From Octopus bimaculoides (Eukaryota): DNA of 43,456 bases. The first letter of the stretch is position 1. Each line of letters opens with the position of its first letter. The stretch covers positions 82,746,858-82,790,313 of the forward strand of contig NC_068988.1 in NCBI RefSeq assembly GCF_001194135.2. Direction: 5' to 3'. The notes below the pieces were generated by a model. The model saw only the letters and a program-made list of their open reading frames with translations. It did no database searches and was not told the DNA's origin. The translations under genes and the position numbers were made by a program. Shown here in pieces: positions 24,701-34,860 of the stretch.

Positions 24701-24868
24701 TGTAGAATTAGCACCATCACCATCCCAACCCACCACCATCATCACCAACATTGTCAACATCAGTGTTGCTAATGAAGGTATATGAGTGAAACATTAGAGA
24801 AAACAATAACATTATGTAAATGTCAAATATTTAAATATCAGTTGCAGTGCTGCCTATAATCTCTGAAA

Positions 24869-25290
24869 GATGTAATTACTCCAGATGTAATTAAAGGTAA
24901 TTAATAGATCCAACAAGCCTGGACAGATGTAATATATCTACTATAGAGTAACAACAGATGTAATTACTCCAGATGCAATTAAAAGTAATAGATCCAACAA
25001 GTCCTGGACAGATATAACATATCTACTATAGAGTCTTGACACGTGTAATTACTCCAGATGTAATTAAAAGTAATTAATAGATCCAACAAGTCCTGGACAG
25101 ATGTAACATATTCTTTACAGAATAATAACAGATGTAATTAAAAGAAATTAATACATTCAGCAACCCCTGGACAGATATAATGTCTGCTATAGAGTAATGA
25201 CAGAAGTAATTACTTCAGATGTAGTTAAAAGTAATTAATAGCTCTAGCAACCCCTGGAGAGATATGATTTGTCTGCAGTATAATAATTGA
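24869..25290. repeat. Minisatellite, ~5 diverged units of ~72-89 bp
   Basis: Units start at 24869, 24957, 25042, 25131 and 25203; core GATGTAATTACTCCAGATGTAATTAAAAGTAATTAATAGATCCAACAAG. Confidence 0.9.
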
Positions 25291-25601
25291 CCTGAGAGTT
25301 TCTTGCTTATTGATTTCTCAATATATGATATATGGTCTCTTCTTTAAAGACAAGAAGAGTCCGTTGGCAGAGTAGGGTCTTTTATAAGATTAGGATATGC
25401 TCAGACATTGCATCTCCACTATCTTTTCTCTCTTTCCAGATGGAGTAGCCATGTATCTCCTTTACCACAGGACACCTGTTCCTATTCCTCTATCATACTT
25501 TAACCTCTCATCACCTGATATAAAGCTTCCTCTTTCAATACCACCCCACATACACACTTGTGGGATCTTGTCCTGCAAGTTACTAGATAATCTATTAGTG
25601 C

Positions 25602-25948
25602 TATTCTGTTGTGTCTGGGGAGAGTCATTTTCTTTTTGTGCCTTAAAATTTAACACACTCACCATTAAAATTTCCACTTATTTTTATTTTCCTAAAATTT
25701 TCGTTGCGTCTTGCAACCTTTTCAATAGTCAAGACTATTGAAAAGGTTGCAACACGCAACGAAAATTTTAGGAAAATAAAAATAAGTGGAAATTTTAAGA
25801 CTATTGAAAAGGTTGCAAGACGTAATGAAAAGGTTGCAAGACGCAACGAAAATTTTAGGAAAATAAAAATAAGTGGAAATTTTAATGGTGAGTGTGTTAA
25901 ATTTTAAGGCACAAAAAGAAAATGACTCTCCCCAGACACAACAGAATA
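25602..25948. mobile_element. Fold-back palindrome (2-nt spacer), probable Penelope-like inverted terminal repeat
   Basis: Left arm 25602-25730 is the reverse complement of the right arm, which carries an internal duplication; hammerhead topology at the centre. Confidence 0.7.
25735..25771 (+). ncRNA. Candidate minimal type I hammerhead ribozyme with U3-A8 core (mirror copy 25692-25728, minus strand)
   Basis: CTA-TTGAAAA-G-GTTGC(AACAC)GCAAC-GAAA-AT-TT-TAG; stem I only 3 bp. Confidence 0.45.
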
Positions 25949-26019
25949 TGCTTCAACACACGAAATCACATGAAAAATCTTGCAAACCAAATCAAAAAAC
26001 GAACTATTAGTGCTAGAGT

Positions 26020-26203
26020 CACATAAAAGAACACCCAATATTTCCTTCAAGGTAGTTGGCATTTGGAAGGGCATCCAGCTGTAAAAGTCATTCCCAAGTA
26101 GATACTGGAGTTCAGTGCAATCTTCTGACTCTCAATGTAGAGCTCTGGCCTGTCAACTAATACCAGCATAGAAAATGGCTGTTCAATGATGATGATGATG
26201 ATG
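26020..26203 (+). mobile_element. RTE-type 3' tail fragment
   Basis: GGAAGGGCATCCAGCTGTAAAA...CCAGCATAGAAAA...(GAT)n. Confidence 0.65.
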
Positions 26204-27376
26204 AAAGGATTTGTGTTCATGGCATTTGCATGTCCACTTCTTGTTGGGGTAGATTTCGTTGTTTACAGGGAATACGAAATGATTGTGTAGAAGTTTTTTT
26301 AACTGAATATTCTTCAATAATATGTAGTAAGTCTAAAATTCATTCTTTATCATTCATATATCATTCTAAGCTTGTTTTTTCATACTAGCATGAGTTATTA
26401 TTGAAGCACTGCTTTACAACTGAATAACTTCCTGTTGCTAACATTTAAACAATAATAATTTTGGTTGCTTCAAAGTATTGCAAAATCTGAAAATAATCTT
26501 TTTAGAAAGCTCAAATAAAAAGAATGAAGCTATAAAATAAATAACTCAGAAAATATCAGGTAGAATGCTCTTAGATGGGGAGAAAAAAAGAGGACAGAGT
26601 CACCTACAAGAATTGAACCATGCACCTGCTGTAGTCCACTTTAGTTTAATGACTAACTACTAAAATAAGGAGAAACTGACATCTAATTAAAAGTTTTAAG
26701 TATATAAACAATAATATGTGAATAAATTTCTTTTGGTTTGTTTGTAGCCTTTAGATATTTAAAATAAAATTAATGAGTAAGAATAACAGTATTAATAATA
26801 ACTAGTGGGACCTGTGGAAATTCAACAGAACAAAAAAGATTAAGAGAAGCTACTTAAGATAGACAAGATGATTTACATTTTTATTTTTATTTTGCTAAGT
26901 ATTTCACTTCTAGTCACAATAATATACATTTTAAAATTTCCCTCTACTAAGCACATTATATTTCTCCCTTTCTCTCTACCTCTTCAAAAAACTTTTTAAC
27001 CATGTAATTCCTGACTTCATGTCTTTAACATTTCTTTTTTTCTCTTCACCTCTCACTTCTACTAATTCTGTCACTATATCTCTCTCTTAATGTGACTGTC
27101 CATCTCCCTTTATCTGCCTTCCTTTAACGTCAACACCAGAACATTACCCTCTGCTAAATATTGTATCCTAAATATATCTCTTTCTCTTTACCTTTCCCTC
27201 CCTACCCTACAGCATGTCATTAACATTTCTCTCTCCCTCTTTTCTCTCACAGTCTTTTTCTCTCACTCTTCGCCTCTCTCTTCAACTAACCACATGATGC
27301 ATTTGGCCTTATTATATCTCTTTCTCTACTTCTTTTTCACTTCTTTCTTCTTTATTCACACTCTTCCCCTCCCTGC

Positions 27377-27410
<34 letters not shown>

Positions 27411-27897
27411 TACACTCTCACTCCACCTCTTTTCCCTCTGGGCAAACAAACAAGCAGACTATTACATAGATCTTTTCTACTAAAATCACAAGGCCTGACA
27501 TTTGGGTGGTGGGGGCTAGTCGATTACATCAACCCTAGTGCTTGACTGCTACTTTTTCATAGACCTTGATAGGTTGAAAGGCAAAATCAACCTCGGTGAA
27601 ATTCGAACTCATAATATAAAGACAGGCAAATTGCAGCTAAGCAATTTTGTCCAATGCTCTAATGATTCTGCTAGTTCACTATCTTTATAATTCTTTCTAA
27701 TTTTGGCACAAGGCCACCAGCTTTGAGGGGAGGAGGCTAGTTAATTATATTAGTCCCAGTACTTGACAGGTGTTCTATTTCATTACCTCAGGGATAAAAG
27801 ACAAAGTTGACCATTGCAGAATTTAAGCTCACAACATAAAGAGCTGAAAGAAACATTACAGGGAATTTTCTTCAATACCAACAACAACAATAATAAT

Positions 27898-28213
27898 TCA
27901 GTTCTATATTTAAGAGATGAGGAATTATTTACATTATTTACATTATTTACATTTGACGGATATTCGTCCTCATCTTGTTTGTTGTTAACACAACGTTTCG
28001 GCTGATATACCCTCCAGCCTTCGTCAGGTGTCTTGGGGAAATTTCGAACCTGGATTCTCATTCCTATCGATAGGAATGAGAACCCAGGTTCGAAATTTCC
28101 CCAAGACACCTGACGAAGGCTGGAGGGTATATCAGCCGAAACGTTGTGTTAACAACAAACAAGATGAGGACGAATATCCGTCAAATGTAAATAATGTAAA
28201 TAATGTAAACAAT
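27898..28213. mobile_element. Penelope-like terminal repeat in inverted (fold-back) arrangement
   Basis: 141-bp arms 27928-28068 and 28069-28209, no spacer, one mismatch (28054/28083); hammerhead motif in each arm. Confidence 0.8.
28105..28150 (+). ncRNA. Minimal type I hammerhead ribozyme (mirror copy 27987-28032, minus strand)
   Basis: GACAC-CTGACGA-A-GGCTG(10-nt loop)CAGCC-GAAA-CG-TT-GTGTT; palindromic ACGT stem III. Confidence 0.75.
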
Positions 28214-29257
28214 AATAATTGTTTCAAATTTTGGCACAGAACAATCAGTTTTTGAGCCGAGTGGGGAAGTTAAGTACATCAACCCCAGTTCTTGACTGGT
28301 AGTTATTTTATCAATCTCGAAAGGATGAAAGGCAAAGTCAACCTCAACAAAATTTGAACTCAGAACATAGAGATGGAAGAAATGCTACAAAGCATTTTGC
28401 CAGATATGCTAACAGTTCTGCCAGCTTACCACCTTTAACAATGACAATAATAATAATATAGATTTCAAATTTTGGCACAAGGCCAGCAATTTCAGGAAGG
28501 AAGATAATTTGATTAAATCAACCCCAGTGCTCAACTGGTTCAAACTTTATCAACCCCGAAAGGATGAAAGGTAAAGTCAACCTTGGTGGAATTTGAACTC
28601 AGAATGTGAAGATGGACAAAATGCCGCCAAGCATTTTGTCCAGCATGTAAATGATTCTGTCAGCTCACTGCCTTAACAATAATAATAATAATATATTTTC
28701 TACTTTAGGCACAAGGCCTGAAATTTGGGTAGGGGGATAGTCAATCCCATTGACCCCAGTACTTGACTGGTATTTGATTTATTGTCCCCCAAAAGGATGA
28801 AAGACAAAGTCAACATTGGCAGAATTTGAACTCAGAATGTAAAGACAGATGAAATGCCACTAAGCATTTTGCCCAGTATGCTAACAGTTCTGCTAGCTTG
28901 CCACCTTAACAATAATAATTATCTCAAATTTTTGACACAAGGGCAGCTTGGGGGAGGTGGAAATGAGTCGATTACATTGACTCCAGTGTTCAACTGGTAC
29001 TTATTTTATTAACCCAAAAGGATGAAAGGCAAAGTTAACCTCAGCAGAATTTGAACTCAGAACATAATGATGGACAAAATACTGCTAAGCATTTCGTCCA
29101 GCATGCTAACGATTCTGCTAGCTCGCCACCTTCACCTTGACAGTAATAATAATATAATGATAGTAAAGTTATACAGTTAAATACCAAGTTAACTGACCAA
29201 CTATGAGACCTATGTAAGAAAAACAAACAATTTATAACCCGGAAACCTATATATATA

Positions 29258-30030
29258 CAGAGTGTCCCAAAATTAAGGCAACCAACTTTTCTCAATTGAG
29301 CCAAAGCAAAATACTGTTATATTTTGAGTCCGAGCATTGCAATGCAATGGTAAAGGAAACACAATTATGATACTACCACATTTATTTCATATGACCACAG
29401 CCTTAAGTCTAGGTCTGAGTGCTTCACATGCAACATGCAGCATGTGAAGCCCATTCCTGGCACAGTTTTGCCTTGAGAGTGTCAAGAAAAGCATGAGAAG
29501 TGCTTGAGACCCTCATCTCCAAAACAGACCAAACAGAAAAATCCAGCAGATTGAGATTAGGGCTTCTTGAGGGCCATACATCCTTGCCTGTGAATGACAG
29601 AATGTTTTTTCTGAATACAGTGTTGTGTTTCTTTGGAGCTGTGGGATGGAGTGAAGTCCTGATGGAGGCTCTAAGGTGTACCTTGAAGATGCTACTCAAA
29701 CCATAACTGACTGTGGATTTTGACTTCAGTTTACAAGTCTACCAGATACACTCCAATGTCAGTCATTCTGGTGGTTTACTGTCTATTTGATGTCAAATAT
29801 CTTTTTATCAGTAAACACCAGGTTGGGCAGCATGCCTTCAGCAATCTGATGCCGGATAAGACGATTTCTGTCCAGTCTCATGTCCTTATAAACTTTTGTG
29901 AGTTCATGACAGCAGATCATGTTGTAGGGGTGAGTCCTGAGATCATCCTTCAGCTCTCGATATATCAGTGTTTGGCTTATTCTTGATGTATCAGCCAATG
30001 CTACTATCTTAGCTCACTCCTGAAAAGTCA
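29258..30030 (-). mobile_element. DD37D (maT-type) transposon relic, one TIR retained
   Basis: TA+CAGAGTGTCCCAAAATT end; VFTDKKIF, QNPQSVMV*, QD-x37-D (WPSRSPNLNLLDFSVW) after removing one extra A. Confidence 0.82.
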
Positions 30031-30834
30031 AGCGACTGGCCATTGGGAAAATAAGAAATAAGTCAATAAGGGTTCTGAAATCTAGGAGTGTGGTCTGAGA
30101 AACAAGAAAGTTTTTAAAAGATTATTATAATTATAGTGTAAGTAGAAAATTTTCACAGAAAATTTCAGATAGAGAATGGTTGCATTTATTTCTCTTCAAT
30201 AATCCAGAAACACAAAAGTAGATTAGCAAAAAAATCTCAATCAATTGACTTTCTGGCCATGGCCACCTCTCTTTACTGTAGGAACAGTGATTTAAAATAT
30301 TGGATTAATATAAGAGATTCCATTTAAATATTTCAAGAAATTATTGAAAAACATTTGACGGCTACATAGATCTTTCATGGTAAACTCTATAACTACTAAA
30401 ACCTTAATTATTTATGTCAACCAAATTATGGTTGATATTATGCTTTAGCTGTTATGATCAATCAATAGAATAAACAGAATATATACTATCATATCCATTA
30501 GACCATAACTGATGCTAATTACAGGATATATTTAAAATATAATTGCTTAGCTTTTGCTATTATTGTTTACTCCACCTCCTGTAACCATAATTACCTTAGA
30601 TGACAATGTTTTTAAAGTGAGTACATTAAAACACTTTCCTATTGACTTCTCCCGGTAGGTAGGATGGCCAAGATTTCCTGGAGAAGGTAAACAAGACCTG
30701 CAGCAGCCATTCACTTCCTTGAAGCAGTAGAGATGGAAATTTCATATAATTAGCTGAAAGGAAAATGGCAAAGAGAAAGACAGTACTCATTGTCTTTCAA
30801 TATTCTCTTTGACTGAAAGGCATATATATCCTCA

Positions 30835-31384
30835 TCATCATCATCATCATCGTCATTTAACGTCTGTTTTCCATGCTGGCATGGGTTGGATGGTTTGACA
30901 AAAGCTTACCACCTGAAGAGCTATTCAGGCTCCATGTCTGTTTTGGCATGGTTTCAATGGCTGGATGCTTTTCCTAACGCTAACCACTTTACAGAGTATA
31001 CCAGGTGCTTTTACACAGCACTGGCATGGGTGATTTTTACATGGCACCAGCATGCATGAGCCTACAAGACTGAGTATGCTCAGCTGGGGAGAGTTGCAAA
31101 GGACAAGCCTGTATGCAAGGGCAACCACGCTTTTACTTAGCTTGATGTACCTTTTCAAGCACAGCAAACCGCCAGGAGTCTCAATCCCCTGTCATCCCCA
31201 GTGAGTCCCAACGTTTGTAGATCCTGTCTCATCACTTTGTCCTATGTCTTCCTGGGTCTACCCCTTCCACATGTTCCTTCTACAATTAGATATTGGCACC
31301 TCTTAGTGCAACTGTCCTCATTCATATGCATTACATGGCCATACCAGTACAATCTTCTCTCTTATACACTACATCTGATGCTAC
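30835..31384 (-). mobile_element. RTE-clade LINE 3' fragment
   Basis: (ATC)n tail, UTR and the reverse complement of WYGHVM...GRGRPRKT. Confidence 0.82.
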
Positions 31385-31390
31385 ATATTC

Positions 31391-31424
<34 letters not shown>

Positions 31425-31842
31425 GCACACACACACACACACAAACACACACACATATACACATACATACATATATACATACATACATTCATACATGTGG
31501 GGGTGGGGGGGAGATAACTGAATGGGAGTTGATATGCTTGAAATTCCAATTTGGACCCCTACAAGCTGGTGGTTGATGAAAAAGCATGAAGTGAAATAAT
31601 TCCTGGCTTCAGACGGGAAATGATGAAATCTTGGAGAGGAAGCACAATACAAGGAGCAAAAGAGTCAGGTAGTACTTGACTTAGTTAATATTGGAGTGAT
31701 ACAGAGTAGGAAAGTTCAGTAAAACACAGACATGTGGTGGGTCAGTGGTTAAACAGTGTTGTTTGTGTATTCCAGAGTGTGTGTAAGCATGTATGTGGGT
31801 GATGGTGGGATAAGGGAAATATTGGAGACATGCAAAGAAATA

Positions 31843-32030
31843 GGTGTGGCTGTGGGGTTAAGAAGTTTACTTCCGAGTCATGTGGTGTTGGGTTCAGTCC
31901 TACAGTGTGGCACCTTGAGCAAGTGTCTTCTACTAATGCCCCAGGCTGACCAAAGTCTTGTGAGTGGATTTGGCAACAGAAACTGAAAGAAGATCATTGC
32001 GTGCGTGTGTGTGTGTGTGTACCTTTCTGT
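31843..32030 (+). mobile_element. CORE-type SINE head and core
   Basis: Homologous to 3286-3450. Confidence 0.8.
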
Positions 32031-32040
32031 CTGTATGTGT

Positions 32041-32540
32041 ATCATCATCATTGTTATCATTATCATTGTTTAACGTCCATTTTCCATGCTGGCATGGGTT
32101 GGACGGTTTGACATGGAGCTGGCTAGCAAAGTTGTCCACACTTTGATTGTCTGTTGTGGTATGTTTTCCATGGCTGGATGCCCTTTTTCATGCCAGTCAC
32201 TTAACAGAGTGTACCGGGTGCTTTTTACATGCCACCGGCACAGCTGCATTTACACAGTACTGGCACAGGGTCATTAACGCAGCAACAGCTTGGGTGCTTT
32301 TTAAGTGACACTGAGACCTGAAAGGACAAGCTTGTACATGTGGAAGACAGCAATTTTACTTAACTTGTTTTATCAAGTATAGTAAATTGCCACATCTCTC
32401 AGGCCCTTGTCATCTCCAGTGAAGCCCAGTGTCTAAAGATCCTTTCTCACCACTTCATCCCATGTCTTTCTGAGTCTACTCCTTCCACAGTTACTCTCCA
32501 CAATTAGAGCACCACACTTCTTCATGCACATATTGAGTGT
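32041..32540 (-). mobile_element. RTE-clade LINE 3' fragment
   Basis: KKCGALIVESNCGRSRLRKTWDEVVRKDL followed by UTR and tail. Confidence 0.85.
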
Positions 32541-32588
32541 GCCAACTCTAGGGGTGTGGAAGGTGTGGACCTGGGTGACACAAGTATC

Positions 32589-32655
<67 letters not shown>

Positions 32656-32694
32656 GCAGACAGACAGACAGACAGGTAGACAGATAGATAGAAC

Positions 32695-32737
<43 letters not shown>

Positions 32738-32879
32738 CAGATAGATAGATAGATAGATAGATAGACAGATGCATACAGGATTGATGGGTAAATTGTAGTC
32801 CTTCTATATTTCTAATTTCACACATGTGCATTGTTTGTTTTTGGTTTTGTCGACTACACAGCATAGTAGGGTCAGTTGG

Positions 32880-33632
32880 GCACCATCTGTGAGAAAAACG
32901 CCACCATGATGGAATTCACTCTGCTTGGCATTCATTCCAGAAGCTCTAATACGAACATTTCAGAGAGTTTAGGTGTCAATCTGAGGACAGTACAGACTGA
33001 GGGCATGTACCAAGAGTGATAAAAATCAAACATCCAGTCAACATCATCGTGTTTGGAATGATCACTAGTGATGGTGATGTTATGTCTCCATTCATCTTCC
33101 CATATAGCTTCAGACTCAACATAGAGACCTACATCAAGTATCTGGAGTAGGTAGTGCTGCCCTGGGTCAAGAGGGCAGCTACTGGAAGACCCTATGTCTG
33201 GCAACAGGACTCTGCACCATGCCACACAAGCAGGAGAACCCAGTTATGGCTGTCAGATAAATTCTGCAACTACATCAGGCCTAACATCTGGCTGCCTAAC
33301 TCCCCAGACTGCAATCTCTTTGATTATTATGTGTGGGGTACAGTTGAGCGAGAGCCCAACAAAACTCCTTGTAACACTGAAGATGAACTGAAGGCAAGGA
33401 TTATAGCAGAATTCAGGAACTTAAACAAGGAGACCATCCTAAAGAGTTGCAGGAGATTCTGAAGTCGTCTGGAGGCTATGGTTGAAGCCAATGGCGATTT
33501 TATTGAATAAATTTACTCTTCAGTATTTCAAGATATTTTTATGTAATTTTGGTAAATATATCTGTTAAAATGAGACGTCAGTGTTATTTTCATTTTTGCA
33601 TAATTTAGATGAAATTTATTCGCTGCACCCTG
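32880..33632 (+). mobile_element. Internally deleted DD37D (maT-type) transposon
   Basis: YVWQQDSAPCH...WLPNSPDCNLFDYYVW with 37 residues between the Asp residues; right end ...GCTGCACCCTG. Confidence 0.85.
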
Positions 33633-34044
33633 TGTGTTTATGTATACATATATATATANNNNNNNNNNNNNNNNNNNNNNNNNNNNNNNNNNNNNNNNNN
33701 NNNNNNNNNNNNNNNNNNNNNNNNNNNNNNNNNNNNNNNNNNNNNNNNNNNNNNNNNNNNNNNNNNNNNNNNNNNNNNNNNNNNNNNNNNNNNNNNNNNN
33801 NNNNNNNNNNNNNNNNNNNNNNNNTATATCAACATGAGCAATGGCTTTTCCATCCATTGCTTTTTCCAAATGTCCTGGAGAAAGGATCATAAACCCAAAA
33901 TATAGAAATACAAGGAAAAACTGCAACTTTGTTTTGTTTTGTTTTCCTTTTTCTTTAGTAGTTTACTTTGTACCTTCTCACATTGTTCCAGCCTTACTCA
34001 ACAAATTTGTTTAATATATATATACATGCATGTTTTTAGGTGTC

Positions 34045-34255
34045 AATAGCATTGTATTTGTCCTTCACCACCACTTGACAATTGTGTTGGTTTGTTAATG
34101 TTTCTGTAACTTAGTAGTTTGGAAAAAGAGACTGCTAAAATAAGTACCAGGTTTAAAAATAAGTACTGTGGTCAATTTGTTTAATTAAACCCTTCAATGT
34201 GGGGCCTCAGCATGGCTGTTGTTTAATGACTGAAACAAGTAAAAGAAGAAAGAAG
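34045..34255 (+). mobile_element. Old CORE-type SINE 3' half
   Basis: Homologous to 3480-3680. Confidence 0.65.
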
Positions 34256-34501
34256 GAAAAATAGTCCACTTTATACAGTATTTGAACTACACATAAGGTT
34301 TTAAAGTAGTTCTTATAATTTGTGATGTGATAATTTAAAAAATAAATTAAAAGTTTAGTCAAAGATGGAAAAGCAACATTCATGAACTTTTTCGATGCTT
34401 CTGATACTGGTTGAAGAAAGGTTAGACTCAATACTCAGATCTGAGATCTTGACCAGATGTTTGCATCAGAACAACTCTGTTGTAGGAACTAAAGAGTCAG
34501 A

Positions 34502-34860
34502 ACATCATCACCATCATCATTAACATTTAATAGCTGTTTTCCATGCTGGCATGGGTTGGATTGGCTTGACAGGAACCGGCAAGGTCAGGGACCACACCAG
34601 GTTCCTTTGTTTTGGCTTGGTTCTTATGGCTGGATGTCCAACCTAACACTAACCACTTTACAGAGTGTACCGAGTGCTTTTTATGTGGCACCAGCACCAG
34701 TGCTTTTTACGTGGCACCAGTACCCACATTTTGTTTTTAAAGTAGCACCTTGGTTTTAGGGTCTCAATTCTGTTATGGTGTGCAGGTCTTCTTGAGTACA
34801 GCAATGTGCCACATATCTTGGTTCTCGGTCATCTTCTTTGTAAGGTTCAGCATTCAGTGG
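34502..34860 (-). mobile_element. RTE-type 3' UTR fragment
   Basis: (CAT)n-TTTCCATGCTGGCATGGGTTGGA...GGCTGGATG. Confidence 0.7.

Larger units (their letters stand above)
27475..29140 (-). mobile_element. Head-to-tail array of six diverged tRNA-SINE copies separated by (AAT)n
   Basis: Units at ~27475-27685, 27690-27878 (headless), 28220-28438, 28465-28676, 28695-28908 and 28922-29135, each homologous to 16674-16898. Confidence 0.88.

Noticed and set aside
24257-24772. 171-aa poly-Val/Ala ORF and antisense poly-Thr/Leu ORFs
   Set aside because: Product of a stop-free trinucleotide repeat; no domain or splice support
27475-29140. CRISPR-like repeat/spacer appearance
   Set aside because: Units are ~200-bp diverged SINEs with microsatellite linkers in a eukaryotic context; no cas genes
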